From assembly GCF_023055435.1 (NCBI RefSeq), contig NW_025964376.1, positions 868,001 to 932,000 on the forward strand: a DNA stretch of 64,000 nt, read 5' to 3'. This document shows positions 25,583 through 39,334 of this stretch, one piece after another; within the stretch, counting starts at the first letter, position 1, and the number at the start of each line of letters is the position of its first letter. This stretch comes from Haliotis rufescens (taxonomy: Eukaryota). Below the pieces are notes generated by a model. That model was not told where the DNA came from and ran no database searches. It saw only the letters and a list, made by a program, of their open reading frames with translations. Both the position numbers and the translations under genes were made by a program.

Positions 25583-28184
25583 ACGTCTTTTTGAAAACCA
25601 TATTCTTTGTTATATGTTTTGCATGCATTGGGCCCCAGAAACAACCGTCCAGATATCAGAGTCTTCTGTTTCCTTTGGGGGCACGGGCAGCCCCGTCGTC
25701 TAAGGCGCCGGAATTTGCTGTGCATAGTTTTGTCCCTTTGGCACGCCAGAAACACGATCTTCGAATCCCGGTCCGCCCCGATAATGTTGATAGTGCTCGT
25801 GGGTTTCACCAAAGTGGTAAACGTTTAAGACCTGCATCACGTCGGGATTTCCTCCAACCACACCGTGATGTAACTGGAATACTGTTCAATTCGAAGTTAA
25901 ACCTAACCCACTCTGTTTCCTCTGCCAAATTCTCCAACCTGATATTGTGGCAGGCACTTAATTAGTTTCGGACAAGGGGTGGAGGGATAGCCTTCGCTAA
26001 AAGCAAGTGCTCATCAGACTAAAGATTCGGGTTCGTTTCCTACTTGCACATGGATTCCAAGTCCTGGTGTCCTCCGACGGTATGTTGTTGGAATATTGCT
26101 AAAAGCGGTGTAAAACTATTGTCATTCATTCCATTATTATTTGCACTTAAATGGATCGATTACAGGCTTCATGCCTTTAAAACTCGAATAGCTCATGTGT
26201 TTTAACTCTGCGACCCAGAACGTAAAGTTATTTCAAATCACAACCAACCCACATCTGCCAATACTTGTATATTGCTGATATATTAACCAATGGAAAGGAC
26301 TGGTTGCAGTCGAAACTCACGGCGGAACTGCTTGTCCTAATCTGCATCTGTGTGTGTAGCTGCTTGTGCTAGTCCGAACTGATGCCGATTAATATTGCTA
26401 GCATTGTGAGATACCATGCCACAGTTTAACATGACTACCCCACTCAGACACAGTATACTGATTCCGAGCCGACGAGTCTTTGTTTTAGCCACTTGATGCC
26501 GAGCGCCAGACAGGGTAACAAGAAGTACCATCTTTTAACGTCTTTCGGTATGATGCGGCCGGATCTTCCGTTCTCCGGGCCGGCGCTCTACCACTAGACC
26601 ACGGAGGCGACCCCACTGATACGAACAACATTGTAAAGCCACCGCGTCTTGAGATAAAGTATACGAACACCACTGAAGTACAGACGTGTCTTTGGATGAT
26701 CAATTGAAGTTGTTGTTGTTTGTCGTTTACCGCCGCACTCAGCAATATTCCAGCTATATGACGGCGGTCTGTAAATAACCGAATCTGGACCAGACACATT
26801 AAGTGATTGATATCATGAGCATCGATCCACGCAATTGGGATACGATGACATCCATCAACCAAGTCAGCGAGCCTGACCACCCGATCCCGTTAGTCGCTTC
26901 TTACGACAAGCATAGTCGTTATTTTTTCGGCAAGCATGGGTTGCTGAAGACCTATTCTACCCCGGATCTTTCATCCGGTTGATGCATGTCATCGTATCCA
27001 AATTGCATGGATCGACGCTCATGATGTCAATCACTGGATTGTCTGGTCCATACTTGATTATTTACAGACCGCCGTCATATAGCTGGAATATTGCTGAGTG
27101 CGGAGTAAACAAACAAAATGTGTGATTCCACGCTCTTGGAAGCCACTGGAGCCTATGTGGAGCCCATTGGTGTACTTCGTGCAACCACCACGCTCACCCA
27201 TTCCTGCTTCATCACTTGATAATACAAAATGACGGGACCTCTTTTCAAACAGATGTACACATGATGGGACTGAAAATATCCACAAGGAAGGCCTATTCTT
27301 TTGTCAGAATCGAATGTCATCAGATACTGATACATGCGCCAGCAACTGAAGTTCTGATACAATGAGGAAATTGTATGCCCCTGTATTGTACAATAACCTC
27401 TCTCTATATATACAACACCACCAGGAGTTAAATCCCATCTCTCCAAATCATGTCATGGTGTCTTGGACAAGACGGAAAATGGTAGCATCTCGCAAAACAT
27501 CGTACAATAGAGACCTACGAGTTAGGGATTGGATTTAATGGAGCGGGAGTGAAGTCAAATTCACATTGAGACTGAATAACCGTATAATTGCCAATTGCAT
27601 CGATTTATTCATGGCAATACGACACGATATATGGGGGTGATGCGTGAAATTTGGAGATACGGCATTGCACTCCTGTGCCTTGTAATAAACACAGCACACA
27701 ATTTCATTATTTTAATCCGAACTTTAGATGTGAGTGACGGCTTGTAACTCCCTGATGGAGAGCGGGTTCGGTGCCGCGTCTACTGTTCCAGCAATTTCAC
27801 GGAACGGTACAGAGAATGGACTCCACATACAGTACCTATATGGGGATTCAAACCCGATGCTTTGACTTACCGCTTTTTGGACGGTGGGATTGCCGAGTGG
27901 TTAAAGCGTTTGCTTGTCACGCTGAAGACCCGGGTTCGAGTCCCTTCATTGGTACAGAGCGTGAAGCCAATTTCTGGTTTTCCCATACTGAAATATTGCT
28001 AAAAGCGGGGTAAAACTATAGTCACTCACACACTTGACGCTCAAGACATTCGGCACCGTAGACCTCGCGTTTAGAGAAAAATAGAGAAGTTATATAAGAC
28101 CAGAAGCTCTTGGAAGCAGGATTGAAACGCACATTAAATGCGTTTTACTGCTCTCACACAGCAATAAAATGGCTACATAATGTA

Positions 28185-29866
28185 TACTGAACCGCAAAAG
28201 AAACGTCACCCCAAGTAGCATTGCATGAAAAGTTGTCATTTAAATATCTGGGTATTTTTTTGTCAACGTTTCTAAATTTAACATTACCTTGTCCGGAAAA
28301 ATGAAATTAGATGATAATAAAACCAAAGCAGATGACAACAAAACCGATCACCCATGGTAACCCGATGCATTTGAGTTCCGTACAAATTGAAATGCACATG
28401 CGTTCACCCATTTCTTGCCCTATAAAAATCCACTCAGATCGGAAAACATTCATTCGTTATTGAATTGCTACCACATGCCAAGATTGAAAAGAATCAAGCC
28501 CTTGGACGATTGCAAGCTGTACAAAACGCCCGGCAAGTACCCAATGCATTTCAAGTCCACGTAAGGACCATATACATGCTTTAGCAACGGTACCAGACCA
28601 CCAACAGTACAGATGACCGACCACGTCGTGGAAGACCAAGGGTCACTACCCGACATCAGGATCGTCAGATTGTGAGACAGCATCTTCAAGATCGCTTTGT
28701 TACTGCTGCGGAAACTCCTCGACAGTCCATGGGGACACACCAGCGACACACTAGTGCGGACACCGTGCGTCGACGATTGAGCAGAATGGCATAAGAACCA
28801 TGCAGTGGCCTGCCCTCAGTCCCGATTAAAATCCCATTGAGCACCTGTGAAGACTGAATGACGTCCGTCCAAGGCCGACAACTGCAGCTGAACTGCGTAA
28901 GGCGTTCCTCAGAGTGTGAGCGGAAACTGCTCGACAGTCCATGGGGATACACCAGCGACACATCAGTGCGGACACCGTGCGTCGACGACTGAGCAGACAC
29001 CTCCACTGTCACAGACCACACCGAGGACCCATTTTGACACCACGTCATCGTCGGGACGGTCTTCAGTGGGCAACACAGCAACAGCATTGGCGCCACCAGC
29101 AGTGGAAAAGAGTCCTCTTCTCAGACGAGAGCCGTTACTGTATCTCAACAGCAGATGACAAAAAGAGTGAGAGTCTGGCGACGCCGTGGGAAACGTTTTT
29201 CGGATGCTTGTGTTGTTGAGAGATCCTCGTGGGGTGGTCAGAACATCATGGTGTGGGGTGGAAATGGTCTTGAACAGAGGGTCGGCCGAGTAGTCTTCGA
29301 GAGCATCGGTCCAGGGAGAGGCAATGGTGTCACAGCAGCTCGGTACATTGATCAAGTCTTGAGACCACACGCCATACCTCATTTGGCACGTCGCCGCAAC
29401 CACGAGTTTCAGCATGATAACGCCCGTGCCCACACTGCGAGAGCAACAAGAGACATCCTCCAGCAGAATGGCATAAGAACCATGCAGTGGCCTGCCCTCA
29501 GTCCCGATTAAAATCCCATTGAGCGACTGTGAAGACTGAATGACGTCCGACCAAGGCGTTTCTCAGAGTTTGAGCTCAAGTGCCCATGACCTTCATCAAC
29601 TGCCTCATCCATTCCATGTATCGACGTTGCACGGCAGTCATCAATGCACATGGCGGACACACGAGATACTGACTTGTGATGCCATTTTCTCAGAGACTAG
29701 TGTTGTGTTTCACTTTAAGAACATTTGACACTTTAATTTCAACCTTGATGATCAGTTCTGCCAAGTTTCATCCTTTTAATATGTCTCAAAGTAAGTGTTA
29801 CAGTGTTTGGACAAATACGGTTTCTCATATATCTATCCATGGTGACGTTTCTTTTGCGGTTCAGTA
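28185..29866 (+). mobile_element. Tc1-family DNA transposon (DD34E), decayed and internally rearranged
   Basis: Perfect 26-bp TIR TACTGAACCGCAAAAGAAACGTCACC at both ends, TA flanks; transposase remnants MPRL (28475), RPRRGRPRVTT, VLFSDESRY, IMVWGG, FQHDNARAH, WPALSPD*NPIE. Confidence 0.92.
28475..29670 (+). pseudogene. Tc1 transposase pseudogene
   Basis: Motifs split across frames (ORFs 28941-29219, 29155-29511), with frameshifts and an in-frame TAA in SPD*NPIE. Confidence 0.85.
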
Positions 29867-31291
29867 TATAAATATATGGAAACTTAGATCTGACACTCCA
29901 AAACCACAATTCCAAATGTTTCTCGACCTGTGAGCTCAACATAAATAGTGTTGGATAGACATATCTGTATAAGAATACAAACAGAAACCAGTGCATCCCG
30001 GCCAGTAGACTCCACAAGCAAATAGTCAGCTTGAAGTAATAAATGAGTATGGTTTTGCGCCAATTTTATCAATATTTAAGCAATATTATGGCGGGGGACA
30101 CCAGGGAAGAGAAAAGGGCGTCACAAATTGCCACCATGTGGGAATCGAACCTGGGCATTCGGGGTGAAGAGCGAACACTTTAACCACTAGGCTACCCTAC
30201 CGCCCCACAGTTTGAAGTAAGTGATATGAGGGCGTATATATCATGCCATACATTATTGTACTAGTTTCTGTGTTAGGGGATTGTTCTAAATGTCAGAAGA
30301 GATAAAGTGGGAATGCGCCACGAGCGTGTAAATTTTCACGCCACTCGATATTTCCTTTTAAAAATATAGCACATGCGTAGGTAATAGATCATTGGGGCAA
30401 ATGCCCTGCTAAGAATAAATCAGCGGAAGTGCATATGCAGGCACCAAGGTGAAATGCATTTGCCATGCAAACATCTTGGTGCATATTCAAGTGGCGAGAT
30501 GAACAGTGTTCTACACAAAACGGCCACTGTGTTTATCTGTATGCCTCTGTAACCCCACTCGGAAAGCCATCCATTAACGTAGGGACGTACCTTACAGCGA
30601 CCTATCCCACGTGTGTTATTAACGTCCAGGAGAATAACATGTGACGTGTATTGTTTATGACCACCAGACGTGGCTTAAGAGAAAAGTAATTAGATTATTG
30701 ACTCCTTTTGTTTACTTCTTGCAACCGACAGTTTCCAAACAAACTTTTTAGTGGTTGTGTTGTTGTCTTTGAGGAAAGAAATTGTGGTTTCAAGGTTCTG
30801 TTCATTGAGTGCACAGGACTGCCTGTGTATCTGTGTCATAAGTCCACCTTTGGTAATATCGCGTTTGTTTGTTGATTACGGCGTGTACTAAGTAATACTG
30901 CATCCGCAAGAGGTCGTCCTGAAATCGATTCTGACCATCCGAGGCATTACTAGTTGCTGTACTAGCAACTACTAGGTACTAGTTTGTGTACTAGTTGCTG
31001 TAAACCAAGTCTAACTGGAATCATCACAGGCGCTTTTAATCCGTAAGCGAGGATTTTTCTAAGAAGGGTTCGATCCCCGGCCGCGTCATACCAAAAGACG
31101 TTAAAAGATGGTACTTGTTGTTACACTGCCTGGTGCTTGGCATTAAGGGGCTAAAACAAGGACTGGTCGGCACGGAGTCAGTACATTGTGTCTGTCTGTG
31201 TCTGAGTAGGGTATTCATGTGGAACTGTGGCATAATTTCTCAGTTGGCACGCACTATAAAATCGGCATCAGTCCGGACTAATACAACCAGG

Positions 31292-31356
<65 letters not shown>

Positions 31357-32157
31357 GCGCGCATGTACGTCGCTAAAGTGCAATAATCTTTGACGTGACG
31401 TTACGCCCCGTTTCACCTTACCTGTAACGAAACGTCGAATTGAAAGAATATACTGAAGTTGTTTTCTTGATAAAGAAAATGTCCCTTGGTTTAGGAGCGT
31501 ATAGTTTCTGTGTTCCGTGCAGATAATGTTTGTTTGTTTGTTATTTAATGCTTCACTCAGCAATATTCCAGCTATACAACGGCGGTCTGTAAATAATCTA
31601 GTTTGGACCAAACAATCCTGTTGTTGACATCATGATCATCGATCTACGCAACTGGGATACGATGACATGCATAAAGCTATTGACCGAGCTAGTTAGTGGC
31701 CTCTTAAGACAAACACGGGTTGCTGATTCTGATCCGGATCTTCACGGTTAAGTTATGCCTGTACTGAATCAGCGGCGTATTGCCGTGTTGTTGTATTCCT
31801 ATCTTCCCTGTTTCTCTAGGCTTGTTTTTATTTTGATCTTTCATATTTTGACAAAGGTATGGTTCTTATAGCATCGGGACAATCGAAATTGGCTTAAAAA
31901 TAGTCATATAAAGCCACCTCTTCTGACGAAGGATATTTAGGAGTACTGGAAAACACAATAAGCTTGAACTCTTTAAATTTTCAATTGTCTACACTTGGCT
32001 ACACATTGTGCTTGATTAGATAAGTGAGGGTTCACCGCCGCTCTAGACATTATTTCAGTTGTCGCCATGCACAGGAGTGGAGGAAAACCCCAAGAGTCGA
32101 ATGTCATAGATCTTTACGTTTTGATGAAACCCACGAGCACCGATATGGTGTAGTCAG

Positions 32158-33042
32158 AGGGCACACTGTCCAAAGCGTGCCCCAACACTGCACACTGAAC
32201 CGCCCGTGCACCTACATACTGTAAGAGTAACACAGGGCACACTGAAACACCAGTGCCCCTACATACTGTAAGTGTAACACAGGGCACACTGAACAAATCG
32301 TGCCCCTACATACTGTAAGAGCAACACAGGGGCACACTGAACCACTCGTGCCCCTACACACTGTAAGAGCAACACAGGGGAACACTGAACCACACGTGCC
32401 CCTACATACTGTAAGAGTAACACAGGGCACACTGAAACACAAGTGCCCCTACATACTGTAAGAGCAACACAGGGCACACTGAACAACTCGTGCCCCTACA
32501 TAATGTAAGAGCAAAACAGGGCACACTGAACCACTCGTGCCCCAACATACTGTAAGCGTAACACAGGGCACACTGAACCACTCGTGCCCTAACATACTGT
32601 AAGAGCAACACAGGGCACACTGAACCACTCGTGCCCCAACATACTATAAGAGCAACACAGGGCACACTGAACCACCCGTGCCCTAACAAACTGTAAGAGC
32701 AACACAGGGCACACTGAATCACTCGTGCCCCTACATACTGTAAGAGCAACACAGGGCACACTGAACCACCCGTGCCCCAACATACTATAAGAGCAACACA
32801 GGGCACACTGAACCACCCGTGCCCTAACAAACTGTAAGAGCAACACAGGGCACACTGAATCACTCGTGCCCCTAGATAATGTAAGGGCAACACAGGGCAC
32901 ACTGAACCACTCGTGCCCCAACACACTGTAAGAGCAACACAGGGCACACTGAACAACTCGTACCCTAACATACTGTAAGAGCAACACAGGGCACACTGAA
33001 CCACCCGTGCCCTAACATACTGTAAGAGTAACACAGGGCACA
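32158..33042. repeat. 44-bp minisatellite, array 1 (about 20 units)
   Basis: Unit CAGGGCACACTGAACCACTCGTGCCCCTACATACTGTAAGAGCAACA-like, directly repeated. Confidence 0.95.
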
Positions 33043-33381
33043 TTTATTTTTTTATTTTGATCTTTCATATTTTGACAAAGGTATGGTTCTTATAGCATCG
33101 GGACAATCGAAATTGGCTTAAGAATAGTCATATAAAGCCACCTCTTCTGACGAAGGATATTTAGGAGTACTGAAAAACACAATAAGCTTGGACTCTTTAA
33201 ATTTTCAATTGTCTACACTTGGCTACACATTGTGCTTGATTAGATAAGTGAGGGTTCACCGCCGCTCAAGACAATATTTTAGTTGTCGCCATGCACAGGA
33301 GTGGAGGAAAACCCCAAGAGTCGAATGTCATAGATCTTTACGTTTTGATGAAACCCACGAGCACCGATATGGTGTAGTCAG

Positions 33382-35506
33382 AGGGCACACTGTCCAAAGC
33401 GTGCCCCAACACTGCACACTGAACCGCCCGTGCACCTACATACTGTAAGAGTAACACAGGGCACACTGAAACACCAGTGCCCCTACATACTGTAAGTGTA
33501 ACACAGGGCACACTGAACAAATCGTGCCCCTACATACTGTAAGAGCAACACAGGGGCACACTGAACCACCCGTGCCCCTACACACTGTAAGAGCAACACA
33601 GGGGAACACTGAACCACACGTGCCCCTACATACTGTAAGAGTAACACAGGGCACACTGAAACACAAGTGCCCCTACATACTGTAAGAGCAACACAGGGCA
33701 CACTGAACCACTCGTGCCCATACATACTGTAAGGGTAACACAGGGCACACTGAACCACTCGTGCCCCTACATAATGTAAGAGCAACACAGGGCACACTGA
33801 ACCACTCGTGCCCCAACATACTGTAAGAGTAACACAGGGCACACTGAACCACTCGTGCCCCTACATGATGTAAGAGCAACACAGGGCACACTGAACCACT
33901 CGTGCCCCTACATACTGTAAGAGCAACACAGGGCACACTGAACCACTCGTGCCCCAACAAACTGTAAGAGCAACACAGGGCACACTGAACCACCCGTGCC
34001 CTAACATACTGTAAGAGTAACACAGGGCACATTGAACCACTCGTGCCCCTACATACTGTAAGAGTAACACAGGGCACACTGAACCACCGTGCCCTAACAA
34101 ACTGTAAGAGCAACACAGGGCACACTGAACCACTCGTGCCCCTAGATAATGTAAGAGCAACACAGAGCACACTGAACCACTCGTGCCCATACATACTGTA
34201 TGAGCAACACAGGGCACACTGAATCACTCGTGCCCCTAGATAATGTAAGAGCAACACAGGGCACACTGAAACACCCGTGCCCCTACATACTGTAAGAGCA
34301 ACACAGGGCACACTGAACCACCCGTGTCCTTACAAACTGTAAGAGCAACACAGGGCACACTGAACCACTCGTGCCCATACATACTGTAAGAGCAACACAG
34401 GGCACACTGAACAACTCGTGACCCTACATACTGTAAGAGTAACACAGGGCACACTGAACCACTCGTGCCCATACATACTGTAAGAGCAACACAGGGCACA
34501 CTGAACCACCCGTGCCCTAACAAACTGTAAGAGCAACACAGGGCACACTGAACCACTCGTGCCCCTAGATAATGTAAGAGCAACACAGGGCACACTGAAC
34601 CACCCGTGCCCCTACACACTGTAAGAGCAACACAGGGCACACTGAACCACCCGTGCCCTAACAAACTGTAAGAGCAACACAGGGCACACTGAACCACTCG
34701 TGCCCATATATACTGTAAGAGCAACACAGGGCACACTGAACCACTCGTGCTCGTGCCACTACATACTGTAAGAGTAACACAGGGCACACTGAACCACTCG
34801 TGCCCCAACATACTGTAAGAGCAACACAGGGGCACACCGAACCACCCGTGCCCCTACATACTGTAAGAGAAACACAGGGCACACTGAACCACTCGTGCCC
34901 ATACATACTGTAAGAGCAACACAGGGCACACTGAACCACCCGTGCCCTAACAAACTGTAAGAGCAATACAGGGCACACTGAACCACTCGTGCCCCTAGAT
35001 AATGTAAGAGCAACACAGGGCACACTGAACCATCCGTGCCCCTACACACTGTAAGAGCAACACAGGGCACACTGAACCACCCGTGCCCTAACAAACTGTA
35101 AGAGCAACACAGGGCACACTGAACCACTCGTGCTCGTGCCACTACATACTGTAAGAGTAACACAGGGCACACTGAACCACTCGTGCCCCAACATACTGTA
35201 AGAGCAACACAGGGCACACTGAACCACCCGTGCCCCTACATACTGTAAGAGCAACACAGGGCACACTGAACCACCCGTGCCCTAACATACTATAAGAGCA
35301 ACACAGGGCACACTGAACCACCCGTGCCCTAACAATCTGTAAGAGCAACACAGGGCACACTGAACCACTCGTGCCCCTACATACTGTAAGAGCAACACAG
35401 GGCACACTGAACCACTCGTGCCCCAACAAACTGTAAGAGTAACACAGGGCACACTGAACCACTCGTGCCCCATACATACTGTAAGGGTAACACAGGGGCA
35501 CACTGA
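33382..35506. repeat. 44-bp minisatellite, array 2 (about 48 units)
   Basis: Same unit; preceded by a duplicate of the flank that precedes array 1. Confidence 0.95.
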
Positions 35507-38147
35507 TCACTTCTTGAAGTGAATTCCTGTGAAAATAGCAACAGAACATGGAGGTGGAATACAGTCAGTGTGTGCGTGAATAAAACAGATATTTAACAAG
35601 ACATTTTATTTAATTGTATATTTGCACATAGTTTGAAATAATATACAAATCACCTGCACACGTGCCGTGGTGGCCTTGCCATATGACGACCCGGGCAGAT
35701 GTTTACTGATTATATCGTATTTCGTAATCAGTTTCTTTCACATCAGGTGAAAGCCACGTGAGATAACGTGAGACCGGATGTACACCTCCGCTGTCACCTG
35801 AAGAAATATATACCGTCGTCCCTCGTGAGCTTTCCGTTCTGTGGAAAGGAGATAAGATATCAAGGTCCCCCTTTTAAGGTTTAACACACCATATGGTCAC
35901 GGCAACAGAGCACACCGGAATTGTAGTATTTTCTTGAGCAGTCGTGTAACGGAAGAATCCGGAAATGAGGTCTATCGTCACGGATGCGCATGTTTCAGGG
36001 CGCTGCGCTTCATTTCCGTGAAAGCACGCATAGCGGATGTTGACGTCTTTGAATCATACAACACAATTTTCGACTTTAGACTTGGTTGGGGTAAGAGATG
36101 ACATACTGTCTCAGTAACATACACTTCACCAGAAAATGTGTTTGATTTCTTCCTTCCAACGTACGACTGCCGCACTTGATCAAATTTCCGATAAACAGAA
36201 TCGCGTCAGTCTCCCATATGTCGTCAGAGTAGGAAATTATTTTTTTCATGTTCAGATTCATTTTCTGAAATGATGCGAAGTTATGCAGATGCCATATATC
36301 AGTGAAAGATTATGAAATGTTTCCAATAATACTGAAATATATATTCATAAAATGGAGTTATTGTCTATGCCCTGGTGGCCTTTGCCTGTCTAGCATAGAC
36401 ATTATGATTAATTCCACGTCTGAAACTGGTACATTAATTGTCTCTGATTATTTAGAGTATCATTCACTTTTAAACTGCTTGCCGTAAGCGGCAGCTAACG
36501 GGATCGGGTGGTCGGGTGGTCGGGCTCGCTGATTTTTCACAGTTGTGCCCCTTGGTCGTCCAAGGATCCTGTTTACGTGGTTCAATCCGAGGTTCGTAAA
36601 GATTAACATCCCAGGTTTGTCAGCACCACAGTACACTCCTACGATCTGTTTCCTTATGTATCTGACATTTCATGACATGACTGTACAGCCCACTCGCTCA
36701 TTTCTCCATCACCCCTAGCTCCCTACCTCATCCCCTATGACCCGTGAAGATCCGGGGTAGAATAGGGGCACCAGAATTGGGCTTCACACATTGTACCCAT
36801 GTGGGGAATCGAACCCGGGCCCTCGGCGTGACAAGCAGCCGCTTTAACCACTAGGCTACCCCACAACCCCTTACAAGCAGGTAGTAATGAGGATGTAATA
36901 AAGAGGCCCGACCTGACGCGTACTGGGCAGATCCGTGAAGATTCCGGGGTAGAATAGGTCTTCAGCAACCCATGCTTGTCGTAAAAGGCGACTAACGGGA
37001 TTGGGTGGTCAGGCTCGCTGACTTGGTTGATGCATGTCGTATCCAAATTGCGTGGATCGTACTCATGATGTCAATCACTGGATTCTCTGAGTGCGGCGTT
37101 AAACAACAAACAAACAAATCCTCATCCTTACCCTATTCCCTCAATGTTCCCTCAATGTGCTACGTGCAATTACCCATTACTATATTACGTGCTGACAGTA
37201 CACTGCCGTGAAACCATCAAGTGTCCATCTTACATTAGCCTCAGGTGTTGGAAGATGGAAGCTGGCTTAAACTCGCCTCTCACCTCCTTCCACAGGCCGC
37301 TCTTTGATCCATGTTTATTTCCTGTTACTTTCGTTAACTAGGTCAACGTTAACAAGAAATATCCCATTATCGATAAAAGATCAAAGTATAGAGGCAATTT
37401 GCACTTATTTTTTATTGTAGCTCTTTGTCAGAAACACGAGTTAACACGAGTCTCTTGATGCTTTGGCTGGTTTATAGCGGAAGAGTTTGTCGTTTGTTTG
37501 TTGGTTAACGCCACATGCACTCAGAAATATTCCAGCTACATGACGGCGGTTTGTATAAATTCGGGTCTTGACCAGACAATCCAGGGATTGATATCTTGAG
37601 CATGAGCCCACGAAATTGGGATACAATGACATGCATCAACCAAGTCAGCGAACATGATTCCGTTTGTCAGTTAGGGTTCTTTTTGATGGAATGTCGTCAA
37701 CGTGTAACGTCAAATATGAAACTCTAGATGGGTACCAGGGTGGATTGACTCGTACGTGTAAGCGTGAGCGCCGCTTTTAACAATATTTCAGCAATATCAT
37801 GGCGAGCGACACAAGAAATGGGCTTCACACATTGTACCCATGTTTGGATTCGAACCCGGGTCTTCGGCGTGACGAGCGAACGTTTAACCACGAAATTACC
37901 CCACCACCCCTCGACCACATGCTGGTTGATTGCTGTCACCGATAACCCGACGTCGTGAATCGTTGTTCACAATATCAATCACTGGACTGTCTTGTCTAGG
38001 AACGATTTTTTTCTGACAGCCGTCATATAGCTAAAATATTGTTGAGTTCGGCGTCAAACGACAAACAAACAAACAAACAAACAAACTAAGGAATGCATGA
38101 CTTTGCTTTGAAACCAGTTTGAACAGTACTTCATTTTAATCACACCG

Positions 38148-38425
38148 AGGGGGCACGGATGGCCCAGTCGTCTAAGGCGCCGCGATTCGCTGTGCAGAGT
38201 TACGTCCCTTGGGCACGCCAGAAACCTATGATTGTGGGTTCGAATCCCGGTTCGCTCCTATTATGTTTCTAGGTTTGTCAGCACCACACCCGTGCTCGTG
38301 GGTTTCACCGAAAGGTCTGAGACCTGCATCACTTCGGGCTTTCCTCCCACATTAAGCTGACACGCCGCGATATAACTGGAATATTGTTAAAAGCGGCGTT
38401 AAACCCAACTCACTCACTCACTCAC
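38148..38425 (+). mobile_element. SINE family B, full length
   Basis: TSD CACACCG; same head, body and tail as the other B copies. Confidence 0.85.
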
Positions 38426-38466
38426 CACACCGTGTCGGCTTTATGTGGCAAGAAAGCCTGTGGTGA

Positions 38467-38628
38467 GTGAGTGAGTGTGGTTTAACGCCGCTTTTAGCAA
38501 TATTCAAGCAATATCACGGCCCGGGACACCAGAAATGGGCTTCACACATTGTACCCATGTCGGGAATCGATCCCGGGTGTTCGGCGTGACGAGCGAACGC
38601 TTTAACCACTGGGCTACCCCACTGCCCC
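38467..38628 (-). mobile_element. SINE family C (short, tRNA-Asp-like head)
   Basis: TSD CCTGTGGTGA; head GGGGTAGCCNAGTGGTTAAAGCG...CTCGTCACGCCGAAGACCCGGGTTCGATTCCC. Further copies near 7185, 12630, 17857, 21935, 25975, 27880, 30045(-), 36765(-), 37762(-), 40492, 40850, 52934, 61297(-). Confidence 0.85.
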
Positions 38629-39334
38629 CCTGTGGTGATGAGGATCCCACTCGTTTACCACTTCGGTGAAGTCCAAAAGAACCGTTAAGGACAATGACCG
38701 ACACGCCCAAGGGACAACGAAGTCACTAACACGATTCAGCCATTCTTAGCCAACACCGAGTGTCTGTGCATATGGTTAATACAACCAAGCCGTACCTGAC
38801 ACAGGTTGTAGTTGGCAGTCGATGGAGATGTGTCACCGTGCATCGAGAGCCCCGGGGTCTCCAGAATCAGATTCCTCAGTTCGTTACCTTGATCCTGATG
38901 TGGAGTAGCCTGACTAGCGAGCATCCAGGGGGACTACATGCAGGGGGATGCAGCTAGGTCAAGGTGACATTTCATGTTTGGCAGACATCGTATTATCTGT
39001 TTGACTGACATTCTAGAAGTTGGTGATTAAGTAAGAAAGTAAGTATTACTTTAAACTTTATACTACGTTACTTCTCTTTGTCTGTTTGTTTCTGTGTTTC
39101 TTTGTTTATCTCCGTAGTCATCAATATCCAATCTATGCTGCAGAAGTATATGATTGTGGATTCGAATCCCGGTTCGCCCTGATTATGTTTCTAGTAGGTT
39201 TGTCAGCACTATACCGTTCTGGTGGGATTCACTAAAGGGGTAATCGTCTGACACCTGCATCACTTCGTGCTTTTCTTCCGTGATACTATGGAATACTGTC
39301 GGTGTTAAACCTCCCTCCGTCCCTCCCTCCCTCG

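Noticed and set aside
31923-31960. CTGACGA...GAAA hammerhead-like core (also at about 33147)
   Set aside because: Stem II barely pairs and there is no stem III or cleavage triplet.
32158-35506. CRISPR-like array with palindromic repeat
   Set aside because: No unique spacers, no cas genes, eukaryotic context.
32114-35549. Many Cys/Val-rich minus-strand ORFs
   Set aside because: Translations of a 44-bp (non-triplet) minisatellite cycling through all frames.
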